64,000 bases of DNA from Eledone cirrhosa (GCA_964016885.1 OZ024765.1:4278001-4342000), one strand, 5' to 3'; counted from the stretch's first letter, positions 1 to 12,652 are shown. Made by a program: numbers and translations. Notes: a model not told the origin generated them from the letters alone.

Positions 1-70
1 AGTTCTGTTTACATGCCAACACAAGAGCAAGAATGAGGAGTCACAATACTATCATGGCTTTAAAACAAAT

Positions 71-113
<43 letters not shown>

Positions 114-114
<1 letters not shown>

Positions 115-517
115 AGTAGAAGTTGTATTTAATTTGTTGGAAGTCCGACAAAAAAATGTTTATAACTGATTTAGAGCACTCAACAGTTTACTGGAGTAAA
201 TATTCAATGATATTAAATAAATGGAAACTATATTTATAAAACCATATTTATTCTATTATATATATTTCAAGGGTACCAAGGCAACATTGCTACACTTTCA
301 TCAAATAAAATACAAAGTTTGTTTTATAAATAGAGACGTATCCAGTGAATTTCCAACCGATAAGGTATGATTTTCATGGCTATGTCTCTATTTATAAAAC
401 AAACTTTGTATTTTATCTGATGAAAGTGTACCAATGTTGTCTAGGTTGCCCTTGAAATATATATAATAGAATAAATATGGTTTTGTAAATATAGTTTCCA
501 TTTATTTAATATCATTG
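114..517 (-). mobile_element. Fold-back element family F1 (Penelope-like inverted pLTR remnant plus ~90-bp tail)
   Basis: Inverted arms of ~150 bp span 205-517 (caatgatattaaataaatggaaac...gtttccatttatttaatatcattg). Unique tail at 114-204. (TA)n on both sides. Hammerhead core in the arm. Confidence 0.75.
409..473 (+). ncRNA. Minimal type I hammerhead ribozyme motif
   Basis: Stem I TATTTTAT (409-416)/ATAGAATA (466-473), CTGATGA at 417-423, imperfect stem II, GAAA at 454-457, 2-bp stem III with palindromic ATAT loop, AUA cleavage triplet ending at 465. The mirror copy in the left arm reads TTGATGA. Confidence 0.6.
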
Positions 518-527
518 TATATATATA

Positions 528-728
528 GGAAAATGTTTGACCCCAACGGCAGAGCTCAAGCCGTTTCGACGGCTATTTCTGAGTCCAGAAATAGCTGTCG
601 AAGCGGCTTGAGCTCTGCCGTCGGGGTCAAACATTTTCCTATTATCCACTCTACTACCCTAAGTATTGAGTATTGAGTACTCTGGTGCGTTATGGTCCAT
701 CTGGTTCCTTACCACTATTCTTTCATTA
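528..728 (+). mobile_element. Fold-back element family F2, copy 1 (hairpin plus tail)
   Basis: ~55-bp inverted arms ggaaaatgtttgacccc...ggggtcaaacattttcc, then an ~90-bp tail. Lies within (TA)n. Homologous to 11920-12113 and 29675-29880. Confidence 0.8.
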
Positions 729-735
729 TATATAA

Positions 736-875
736 AGAGTTACGGCCCTTTATGGTCTGAGTTCAAATCCCGATGAGGTTAACTTTGCCTTTCATCCTTA
801 CGGGGTCGATAAAATAAAGTACCAGTAATACACTGGGATAATTGCTGGCCTTGTGCCAAAAGTAGGAACAATTAT
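736..875 (+). mobile_element. tRNA-derived SINE with Meta-type core, 5'-truncated
   Basis: B-box gagttcaaatccc, then ttaactttgcctttcatccttacggggtcgataaaataaagtaccag. Many copies in the window. Confidence 0.75.
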
Positions 876-1489
876 ATATATGTATGTATATATGTATGTA
901 TGTATGTATATATACAGACACAAATAGAAGATCAATGTATAGATGCATTGTTTTGTTCTTTGACTGATCTCTGTTATTGGACTACGGTCATGCTGGGGTA
1001 CAGGCTCGATGTGTTTTTTTCTCATTTGTATCAATCCATGAGCTTATTTCAGTCTGGTAGTTCAATTATTGATCTCTGATCAGAGAATTGGTAAATTATG
1101 TTTCAATATGCAGACATGTCGTTCCACACACCTGTCTCTAGACTGTTCTACATAAACACACATATCTACATACATGCACACACACACACACACATAAACT
1201 CTGACACAAACACACGTGCATACACACACACAAACTCTGACACAAACACACGTGCATACACACACACACATACATGTTCACACATACACACACACATACA
1301 TATATGCACATACACACACACATACATATATGCTCACACGTACACACACACATACATATATGCACACACACACACATACAGACACACAGACATATATGCA
1401 CACACACATAAAGACATTCACTGAAGCTCTTCTTATCTATGGAGATAGTAACAAAAGTATTAGTGAAATTATCTTTTACCGATTGCAGG

Positions 1490-1574
1490 AAAGATGCATA
1501 GTAGTAGTTGATAGCTTCTATTACCTCGGTGATATAATTAGCTGTGGAAGATGTTGCTCTGTGAGCATAGTAGC
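1490..1574 (+). mobile_element. Degraded RTE LINE RT fragment
   Basis: Translates VVDSFYYLGDIISCGRCCS, matching VDSFCYLGDRISNGGGCS of the intact ORF. Confidence 0.65.
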
Positions 1575-1893
1575 TTCTTCTTCTTCTTCTTTGCCTTCTT
1601 GTTCGTTCACTTATACCTGAGAGAGTCATGGGGGAAGGGTCCTCAAACACTCTCCCAGTAGGTCCTGTCAGAAGCAACCATCTCCAACTGATCTGGCTGG
1701 ATCCCCAAGCGAGACCAGCCAAGCTCATGGATGTTATCCAACCATCTTGCTCAGGGTCTACCCCTGGGTCTCCTGCTGGTTGGTTTTGCCCATAAAATCT
1801 GTCCAGTGATTCTATCCTGAGACATTCTAACCATATGTCTATAGTATTGGAGCTGTGATCTCTCAATTCTTTCCTGAGACATTCTAACCACAT
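1575..1893 (-). mobile_element. RTE-like LINE 3' end with (AAG)n tail
   Basis: A minus frame reads approximately HxVRMSQDRITRQILWAKPTSRRPRGRPRARWLDNI, the typical RTE C-terminus, followed by a GAA/AAG tail. Confidence 0.7.
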
Positions 1894-2374
1894 GTCAATA
1901 AAATAAGGTATGATACCAGTAATACACTGAGATCAATTTAATCAGCTTGTCCCTTCCCTCCCACTAAATTGTTGGCCTTTTGCCTCCTAAATCAGAAACC
2001 ATTATCCAATAAAACTTAATAAAATCATCTCCTACATTCAAATAATTCTTGAAAATTAATAAGACATTTATTATCTTACTTATTTGTCTCAACAGGGATA
2101 ATGACTTCATCCAGATTAAAGCATTGGCCATCTTTTGTCTTGGCATCTTTGCCAGTAATAAAATCTTAATCCAAATTTTATTATCGGTTTCCCCTTTGTC
2201 TTGGCAGTAATAACTACGTTATTAGAATCATAGCATTCATCATCCCTTTTGTCTTGAGAGTAATAATAGCCTTGTTGAAATTATAACAAGCTCTCCATTC
2301 ACATGAATTAAATCATGTAATGCCCTTCTTTTGTCTTGATACTAATATTAATAATAATGATGATGATGATGATG

Positions 2375-2429
<55 letters not shown>

Positions 2430-2623
2430 TTTCTTTATTAACCACAAGGGTTTACATAAAGTGGACAGTGCAGGACAATACAGGACGGTACAAATGGGCA
2501 TTTCTACGTGTAAAAAAACAAAAACAGAGGATGTAACAAAAAAATAACAATGAAAAAATTCCCCAATAGGGGGGAGACTTCCGAGGGACATGGTCAGAGT
2601 CACTGTGGCTTTTAACAATAACA

Positions 2624-2655
<32 letters not shown>

Positions 2656-3294
2656 GAAGAAGGGCCATACCATATTCTCTTCCTATAACAAGGTTGTTCC
2701 TCTCTTATGTCCTTAAATCAGTGAACAAATAACAACTTCATTGGCATCATAACAAGCTCTCCCTTCACATGAAACAAATTAGATAATGGTCTCCTTTTGT
2801 CTTGATGCTACTAATAATATCCAAGAAGGCACATGCCATGATATTCTTCTCCTGTAATAAGGTTGCTGCTGTCCATAAATTGTTGAACAGTTCCACAGTT
2901 AGAATGCTATTGATTACATGGAGATAGCAATCTTGTAAATAGGAAAAGCTTAGCATCAGCTTGAGAGGCGTTTAAGCGCCTCTTTTCTTTATCAAGATCG
3001 ATATTAGATGAAAGAAAATGAATCTCTTAGCAGCTTTCTTCAACATAGATTCTATATCAGATAATAGATATGAATCAAGGAAAGAAACTCAGATAATTGT
3101 TTGTTTTTTTCTAATAATCAATAAATTTTTCCAACCATATTCTTTCTTGGCAGCTTCACTGCCAGTAAGTTAATCGGAGCTGATATGATTAAACTTGTGT
3201 CAATTTGATGTTTAAGTCATCAATCTTAAATTAATTTGTAGGATCTGGTTGAACATATTGGCATAATTAAAGGATTTTGAATTATGAGGCACAA

Positions 3295-3719
3295 AGCCCA
3301 CACTGTAAAGTGGATGTGTAAAAGACACGGCAAAAAGCACCCAGCCCACACTGTAAAGTGGATGTGTAAAAGACACGGCAAAAAGCACCCAGCCCACACT
3401 GTAAAGTGGATGTGTAAAAGACACAGCAAAAAGCACCCAGCCCACACTGTAAAGTGGATGTGTAAAAGACACGGCAAAAAGCACCCAGCCCACACTGTAA
3501 AGTGGATGTGTAAAAGACACAGCAAAAAGCACCCAGCCCACACTGTAAAGTGGATGTGTAAAAGACATGGCAAAAAGCACCCAGCCCACACTGTAAAGCG
3601 GATGTGTAAAAGACACGGCAAAAAGCACCCAGCCCACACTGTAAAGTGGATGTGTAAAAGACACAGCAAAAAGCACCCAGCCCACACTGTAAAGTGGATG
3701 TGTAAAAGACACAGCAAAA
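3295..3719. repeat. 48-bp minisatellite (~9 copies) derived from RTE 3'UTR/SINE body
   Basis: Unit aaaaagcacccagcccacactgtaaagtggatgtgtaaaagacacggc matches the LINE 3'UTR segment aaaaaagcacccagcccacactgtaaagtggacgtgt. Confidence 0.9.
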
Positions 3720-3726
3720 GGCGACA

Positions 3727-4520
3727 GTGGTGGTGGCGGCGGTGCGGGGGGGGGGTATTGATGGTGGTGGGGTGGTGATAGTGGTAGTGGTATTGATGGT
3801 GGTGGTGGGGGTGTTGGTGGTATTGGTGGTTGTGATGGTGGAATTGATGGTGGTGGTGGTGGTGGAATTGACAGTGGTGTTGGTGGTATTGATGATGGTG
3901 GTGGTGGTGGCGGTGGCGTTGGTGGTATTGATGATGGTGGTGGCGTTGGTGGTATTGATGGTGGTGGTGGTGGTGATGGTAATAATGATGACGATAATAA
4001 TGATGATGCACGATGAGGGGGGAAGGGGGGTAATGATGGTGGTGGTGATGATGGGGGTGGTAATGTTGGTGATGGTGGTGGTGATGAATATGGTGATGAT
4101 AATGGTGTTGATGGTGATGGTGGTAATGGTGATGGTGGTGATGGTGATGATGCTGACAATGACGATGAGGAGGAAGAGGAAGCGGAAGAGAAGGAGGAGT
4201 GTTGTCTACTAAATTTTGCTTTTTTCCTCCTTTATTGGAAATTCATAATGCAGTAAATGGAAAAACAACAAACAAAAGAAAAAAGAAAGAAAAAACGATA
4301 AAAATAGATAAAAGAATAAACAAACAAAAGAAGAAAAAACAAGAAAAAACGATAAAAATAGATAAAAGTAAAAATAAACAAAAGAAAAAAGAAAAAAAAA
4401 AGAAAAAGTAGATAAAAGAAAAAAACAAACAAGAGAAGAAAAAAGAAAGAAAGAACAAACAAGAGAAGAAAAAAGAAAGAAAGAACGATAAAAAAAAGAT
4501 GAAAGAAAAAACAAAGGAAA
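3727..4520. repeat. (GGT/GAT)n and A-rich low-complexity tracts
   Basis: Directly visible. Confidence 0.9.
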
Positions 4521-4989
4521 AAAGTGGTGGTGGGGTAAGCATAAGAATGGTGGCAACCATGATTACACAGACATAATATTTTGTAAAAGAGTAACATGTA
4601 ATAGAATTATAAAAGCGATGAGACAGTTTGAAAACATTTGGAGTCAACAAAGCTGGAGAGTGAAAGGAAAGGGAGAGAATTAAAGTGAAATGTAAAAAGA
4701 GTGGAAAAAATAGAAAGCTAAGCTAAAGATAAAATGAAATTTTTAAAATGAAAATCTACCCTAGAAAACCAATATACCATGTTGTTGAAGAAAATATATC
4801 TATATATACATACATACACACACACATATATACATATATATATATATATATATATGTAGATATATATATATATATAAACACATATATATATATATATATA
4901 TACACATATATATATAGATATAGATATATATATATATATATACACACATATATATATATATATAGATATAGATATACACACACACATAT

Positions 4990-6304
4990 ATCATCATCAT
5001 CATCATCATCACCGTTTTACGTCCGTTCTTCCACGCTAGCATGGGTTAGACGGGTTGTCCTGTTGTGGGCAGTGTCTGGTCGGCTGACCATGCCTTGCTC
5101 ATACAGGAACTGATCTGGCTTGATTTCTACAGCTGGATGCCCTTCCTAACACCAACCTCATTTACAGTGAGTGCTGGGTGCTTTTTCGTGGCGCCTACAC
5201 GTCCACTTTACAGTGTGGGCTGGGTGCTTTTTTGCCGTGGCACCTCCACGACCACCTTGCGGTGGGGGGGGGGGCATATTGTTTATATGCTTCAGCATGT
5301 ACCCATGGGAGGTCGGGTACCCTGTATTACTGCGTGACGCCAGAAGTCACGGTCGTGTGTCATTGACTTTGAGAGGTGTAGTTGGGTAAGGTCGGCTTTT
5401 ATCACCTCATCCCAAGTCATCTTGGGTCTCCCCACTCCGCGGTTTCCATCAACTTCTAGTGCTCTGCACCTTTTTATGCAGCTGTCATCCTTCATACGCA
5501 TCACATGTCCATACCAGCGTAACCGCCTCTCCTGCACGCAGCATTTGATTCCTCTTATGCTCAGTCTCTCTCTCAATTCCTTTATGCTTTGTCGTTCACG
5601 TATATTACTGTTACACATCCATCGGAGCATGCAGGCTTCGTTTCTCTCTAATCTACGTAAGTCTTCCACCTTCAGCGCCCAGGTCTCACTACCATGCAAC
5701 ATCGCTGTTCGGATACACGCATCATACAGTCTGCCTTTCATTCTGAGGGAGAAGCCTTTTGCAGCTAGCAGTGGTAGTAGTTCCCTAAACTTCTTCCATC
5801 CCGTTCTTACCCTAGTTATTGTACTTTCTGAGCACCCACCTCCGTTGCTAATTCGGTCACCTAGGTAGCAGAAGCTGTCTACTGTTTCTACAGGGCCCTC
5901 CCAGAGATTGGTGGTACTTGTTTCCTGTGGCTGTTTGCTTGCTGTTTCAGCACAGCTGCTGCATGTGAATCCTACATTCTTAATTAAGCTTCCTGAGATC
6001 CCGCTACATCTCTTGTGTACCCATTGTTTGCATTTGGGGCAGAGAATGGAGTTCCTACCTACACCTTTCCTACATACTGAGCAAGGCCATTTCCCTGAGG
6101 GGATCTGGGTTCTGTTTTCTCGTCTACTTATAAGGACCTTAGTCTTTGTCATGTTGACTTTGAGGCCCTTTCTCTCTAGTCCCTGCTTCCAGGTTTGGAA
6201 TTTATTCTCTAGTTCTACCATAGATTCAGCTATGAGTGCGAGGTCATCAGCATACAGGAGTTCCCATGGGCATCCGGTCTTAAACTCCTCCGTTATTGCC
6301 TGCA
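4990..6304 (-). mobile_element. 5'-truncated RTE LINE copy, near-identical to the full-length element
   Basis: Aligns to 42179-43482 with only about 3 differences seen by eye. Has a (GAT)n tail and YADD plus PHD in frame. Both ends abut TA/CA microsatellite. Confidence 0.95.
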
Positions 6305-6347
6305 TATATATACATATATATATACATATATATATATACATATATAT

Positions 6348-6378
<31 letters not shown>

Positions 6379-6478
6379 AACACACGCACACACACATATA
6401 TATATATATGTATATATATACTATATTGAAGAAAATATTTGTTGAAGGAGATATATTTATATATATATACTTCCTTCA

Positions 6479-6532
<54 letters not shown>

Positions 6533-6597
6533 ATATGTATATATATATATGTGTGTGTGTGTGTATATGTATATATATATATATATGTGTGTGTATA

Positions 6598-6642
<45 letters not shown>

Positions 6643-6749
6643 ATATGTATATATATATATATGTGTGTGTGTGTGTATATATGTATATATATATATATAT
6701 GTGTGTATATATATGTATATATATATATATGTGTGTGTGTATATATATG

Positions 6750-6780
<31 letters not shown>

Positions 6781-6879
6781 ATACATATATATATATATGT
6801 GTGTGTATATATATGTATATATATAAATATGTGTGTGTGCGTGTATATGTATATATATGTGTGTGTGTGTGTATATATG

Positions 6880-6910
<31 letters not shown>

Positions 6911-7528
6911 ATATATATATATATGTGTGTGTGTATTGAATGATATATGTTGGTTACAATAACTGCTGAAAACAGCAATCTATGATAAAAGAACATAATT
7001 GTTGATATCACAGAGGAATAGGTTATGAGATAACCTAGATAGAAATTCTCCATTTTCCGGCGTCTTCTTTTATTTCCCATTGAGATATCACTATGGCTCA
7101 GTTATTACACATCATATCGTATCTAGGAAGATGTGATATATTCTGTCTCAAAAAACAAAAGAAGCTGCTACTATTATATTATTCTTGTATCAAAAAGATG
7201 ATCTATTTATTTGTCTGTCTGTCTGTCTGTCTATATGTCTGTTCCTATGCATTCTCTAACGGCTGGACCAAATCAAATCAAATTTTACAAGATAATAGTA
7301 TTAGTGTCAACATGTAATTTTTATTTTTATTTGGATTAAAATAATATAAGATTTTATCTAAAATATTTTTATAGTCAACTATAGTAAACCACCACCACAA
7401 CGACAATGTCACATTTTGTATATGAGTGTGTATGTGTCTGTGAGTGCATGTGTGTGTGCATTCGTTATATACTTTAGGCCTCAGAGAATTAAACACACAC
7501 ACATCTACATATACATACACATAATGTG

Positions 7529-7572
7529 TGTGACATCTACACTCTCACATATGTGAGAGTGTAGATGTCACA
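7529..7572. repeat. Perfect 44-bp palindrome
   Basis: tgtgacatctacactctcacat|atgtgagagtgtagatgtcaca. Confidence 0.9.
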
Positions 7573-7811
7573 TTTTGTATGTGTATGTGTCTGTTTTAGT
7601 ATATCTATGTGAATGTATGTTAGAGTGTATGTGTGTATGTGTGTGTGTGTGTATGTGTGTGCGTGAGTGTATGTGTATGGACTGACATAACGATATTTTC
7701 TTTAGTCAACTATAGTAAACCACCACCACCACCACCACAACATCACATTTTGTATATGAGTGTGTATGTGTGTGTGTGTTTGTGAGTTTGTTACATACGT
7801 TAGGCCTCAGC

Positions 7812-8378
7812 GAATTAAACACACACACATCTACACATACATATAGCCTTAGTAAGCACACACACACATCTACACATACATATAGCCTTAGTAAGTTGCA
7901 TACACACACACATCTACACATACATATAGCCTTAGTAAGCACACACACACACATCTACACATACATATAGCCTTAGTAAGTTGCATGCACACACACATCT
8001 ACACATACATATAGCCTTAGTAAGTTGCATACACACACACATCTACACATACATATAGCCTTAGTAAGCATACACACACACATCTACACATACATATAGC
8101 CTTAGTAAGTTGCATACACACACACATCTACACATACATATAGCCTTAGTAAGCACACACACACACATCTACACATACATATAGCCTTAGTAAGCATACA
8201 CACACATCTACACATACATATAGCCTTAGTTTAGTAAGTTGCATGCACACACACATCTACACATACATATAGCCTTAGTAAGTTGCATACACACACACAT
8301 CTACACATACATATAGCCTTAGTAAGCATACACACACACATCTACACATACATATAGCCTTAGTAAGTTGCATACACA
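7812..8378. repeat. ~36-42-bp minisatellite with a variable CA tract
   Basis: Unit (ca)n-tctacacatacatatagccttagtaag(tt)gca. Confidence 0.9.
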
Positions 8379-8406
8379 TTATCTTCACACAGAAAATTAT
8401 ATATAT

Positions 8407-8782
8407 TTCGTTTTTGAATTTGTTTTGTGAGATTTCTTATGTGAAAACGTGTGTTGAAACAGATATTGTTATACTTTGGGAGGGCCATGTTGCCAATAAA
8501 AACACATGAACCAGTTGGTTTTCACTTAAATTTATTATTAATTTCCGGTTGGTTGGTTGGTTCGATAACCGGATGGTTGTTTATATATTGTCAAAGCTCT
8601 TTCATCACATATTATGTGACCTCCTCAGTGACTAGGTTTTTATTTTGTATGTCTCTCCTTTGTTCTGTCCTACTCAGGTGCATGTGTTTTCATTGGCAAC
8701 ATGACCCTCTCAAAGTATAACAACATCTGTTTCAAAACACATTTGCAGATAAGAAATTTCGCAAAACTAATTCAAAAACGAA
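8407..8782 (-). mobile_element. Inverted-repeat element family F5 with internal hammerhead motif
   Basis: ~105-bp inverted ends ttcgtttttgaatt...aattcaaaaacgaa. Partial second copy at 33538-33800. Confidence 0.75.
8590..8632 (-). ncRNA. Type I hammerhead ribozyme motif
   Basis: Minus strand reads GTCA-CTGAGGA-G-GTCACAT/aat/ATGTGAT-GAAA-GAGCTT-TGAC: stem I gtca/tgac, 7-bp stem II, very short stem III. Also present in the 33538 copy. Confidence 0.6.
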
Positions 8783-8894
8783 CTATCATCATCATCATCA
8801 GCATCACCATCATCTTCATTATACATCTATCTTCCATGCTAGCATGAGTTGTCCCACTTTAGGCAAGGTTGTTTGGGTGACCGTGTCTTGCTCA

Positions 8895-8951
<57 letters not shown>

Positions 8952-8982
8952 ATCTATATGTGTGTATATATATATATATATT

Positions 8983-9056
<74 letters not shown>

Positions 9057-9057
<1 letters not shown>

Positions 9058-9176
9058 ATAATAAATTTGAAGACTAAAATCCAAAGAGGGCTCGATAAGG
9101 ATAAATATATAAGATCCCGTTAAGGGTGAAAGCAGCAATTCTTTGCTTAAACTTTAATCTGTTATTTTAATAAATA
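9057..9176 (-). mobile_element. Fold-back family F3, truncated copy
   Basis: Reverse-complement tail end joined to agatcccgttaagggtgaaag...aataaata. Homologous to 33811-34020. Lies in (TA)n. Confidence 0.75.
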
Positions 9177-9199
9177 TATATATACATATATATATATAA

Positions 9200-9280
<81 letters not shown>

Positions 9281-9282
<2 letters not shown>

Positions 9283-9961
9283 AAAAACATGAGAAGAAAG
9301 AGGAATACTGCGTGGTTGCACATGGGTTACATATGATAAAAATAGTCCTTCGTCAGTGATTTGCCAACCATCATTAATATTTCATCGCATTAAAAATCAT
9401 ATACCTCAGGTTGGTGCGAGCAATAACTAAAAAAAGCTATTGGGACAAGTGAGTCGCGTAAAGCGAGTGAGACAAGTAAACAACATAGAAGGATGAAAGC
9501 AACGCAAAGATGGGAATAAACAAGCAACATGGTTATCCGGTCAGCATAAGCTGGGTGGATTTCATGAGCGATCGAGATACAGACCGTCCGACGTGAGTGA
9601 GATGTGAGCAAGAAGAGAACCCACTACTAGCCAAACGGGAGGAAGTGAGAAGGGGAGAAACAGAGAGTGAGTGAGTGGAAGTGCGAGGAAGAGGTCAGTC
9701 GAGAGAAAGTGTAACTGACAGAGGGGGCGAAAGAAGGTGAGAGCAACAGAGAGAACGGGGAAGCAGTGAGAGAGAAACAGACAAACGCAGCTGAGGTAAA
9801 TAGTATAAAAAACATGAGAAGAAAGAAGAATACTGCGTGGTTGCACATGGGTTACATATGATAAAAATAGTCCTTCGTCAGTGATTTGCCAACCATCATT
9901 GGTATTTCATCGCATTAAAAATCATATACCTCAGGTTGGTGCGAGCAATAACTAAAAAAAG

Positions 9962-9965
<4 letters not shown>
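9281..9965 (-). mobile_element. Non-coding element with 160-bp direct terminal repeats in (TA)n (family F6)
   Basis: 9281-9440 and 9806-9965 are direct repeats with 3 mismatches around a purine-rich 365-bp interior. CTGACGA on the minus strand. Related fragment at 36122-36225. Confidence 0.7.
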
Positions 9966-10017
<52 letters not shown>

Positions 10018-10402
10018 TCTTTCACAGGTGTTAACTTCTATCAGAGAAACAAGCGACATATATTCCGAATGCTTTTCAAACCAATCTTCTGCTCTTAAGA
10101 TTGTTATCATATTTAAAGACCTGAAGCCATAAATCTACTGGATTAATATTTCTTTCTAAAGACAACATTCACAAAAAGATTCTCCAAAAGTGCTTTTCAA
10201 AATTTTTTCAGCAAATTTCTAATCACTCTTACATTTATTCCTTCATTCTTTTCTGTCTTTCTTTCCTTCTTTTTTTCTTTCTTTCTAACTCTCTTTCTCT
10301 CTCATCTGCTCGGCCTTGCAATCTTTCTATATTGATGCACACATACATATATAGATGTAAATATATGTACATATATACACACACAAGCACTCATATACAC
10401 AT

Positions 10403-10404
<2 letters not shown>

Positions 10405-10435
<31 letters not shown>

Positions 10436-10578
10436 TTCGTTTAACGTCCATTTTGCACGCTAGCATGGGTTAGACGGGAGTTGTCCCACTTGAGGCAAGG
10501 CTGGTCGGGTGACCGTGTCTCGCTCATATAGGACTGTCTGGCAGGTTTTCTACGGCTGGATGCCCTTCCTAACACCAA
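10405..10578 (-). mobile_element. RTE-type 3' end with (GAT)n tail
   Basis: gctagcatgggttagacggg...ggatgcccttcctaacacc, shared with the LINE 3'UTR. Confidence 0.75.
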
Positions 10579-10590
10579 TGCATATATACA

Positions 10591-10677
<87 letters not shown>

Positions 10678-10681
10678 ATAT

Positions 10682-10770
10682 ATATCGAGTCGTCAAGTAT
10701 GAAATTTGTAGAAATTTTTAGAAAAAAAAAAATCAAATTTCTACAAATTTCATACTTGACTATCCAATAT
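10682..10770. mobile_element. Short collapsed inverted repeat (MITE-like)
   Basis: 26-bp arms gtcaagtatgaaatttgtagaaattt...aaatttctacaaatttcatacttgac, flanked by TA. Confidence 0.55.
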
Positions 10771-11142
10771 ATAAAGTGAGAGAGAGAGAGCTATACATAT
10801 ATATAGCTATATATATATATATAGCTATATATATATATATATATATATATGGCTATCTCTGTCCCTCCTCCTACCTTGTGTTTGTATGTCAGTCCCACCT
10901 GATAGATTCTTTCACTAAAGTTTAATAAATAAATAAATATTAAAAGCCCCCCCACACCACCCCCTGTCCCTACCGAGTAAGATAGGGTCACTATGTCAAG
11001 ATAATGAAGATATTGCAACTTTTTACACATCACTCTTCAAAGAAAGGAGGTTGAATTGGCTGTGACCTTATCCTCAAGGTCAGACAAATCCACCAAAACA
11101 GCTCACACATAACTTCAGTAAAAACAGTTAAAAGCTAGAAGA

Positions 11143-11919
<777 letters not shown>

Positions 11920-12110
11920 GGAAAAAGTATGACCCCGAACGCAGAGCTCAAGCCGTTTCGACGGCTATTTCTGGACTCCAGAAATAGCCGTCGAAACGGC
12001 TTGAGCTCTGCCGAAAGGGTCATACTTTTCTTATTTCCCACTCTACTACCGTAAGTATTGAGTACTCTGGTGCGTTATGGTCCATCTGGTTCCTTACCAC
12101 AATTCTTTTG

Positions 12111-12113
<3 letters not shown>
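11920..12113 (+). mobile_element. Fold-back family F2, copy 2
   Basis: ggaaaaagtatgacccc...gggtcatacttttc plus the shared tail. Lies in (TA)n. Confidence 0.8.
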
Positions 12114-12150
<37 letters not shown>

Positions 12151-12259
12151 GTATATATATATGTGTATATATATATATATCACAACAGTGAAGTTTTAAA
12201 TCTTCCTCAGTTGACACCTGTCAATGTATGTGTTTATGTTTGGGTGATTGTATATATAT

Positions 12260-12652
12260 ATCATCATCATCATCATCACTGTTTAATGTCCATTTTTGAA
12301 CTCAAGCATGGGTTAGACAAGTTGTCCTCTTGTCGGCAATGCCAGGTCAGGTGACCATGTCTTGCTCATACAGGACTGCTTTTGGCTTGGTTTCTACAGC
12401 TGTAGAAATGAGATGATAGGGACTAGGGTCCCTATCATTCCACTGCAAAGTGGTCGTGGAGGTGCCACGGCAAAAAAGCACCCAGCCTACAATGTAAAGT
12501 GGACGTGGAGGTGCCATGGCAAAAAAGCACCCAGCACTCACTGTAAATGAGGTTGGTGTTAGGAAGGGCATCCAGCTGTAGAAATCAAGCCAGAATCAGT
12601 TCCCGTCCCACCCTTGCAAGCAGGGAAAAAGTGGACGTAAAATGATGATGAT
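12260..12652. mobile_element. Chimera of a minus-strand RTE tail and a plus-strand CORE-SINE 3' half
   Basis: Orientation switches at tttctacagctgtagaaa (~12391-12408). CAT and GAT tails at the two outer ends. Confidence 0.7.

Noticed and set aside
6305-6488. N-terminal part of the 398-aa ORF 5292-6488
   Set aside because: It is microsatellite read-through; LINE homology stops at 6304.
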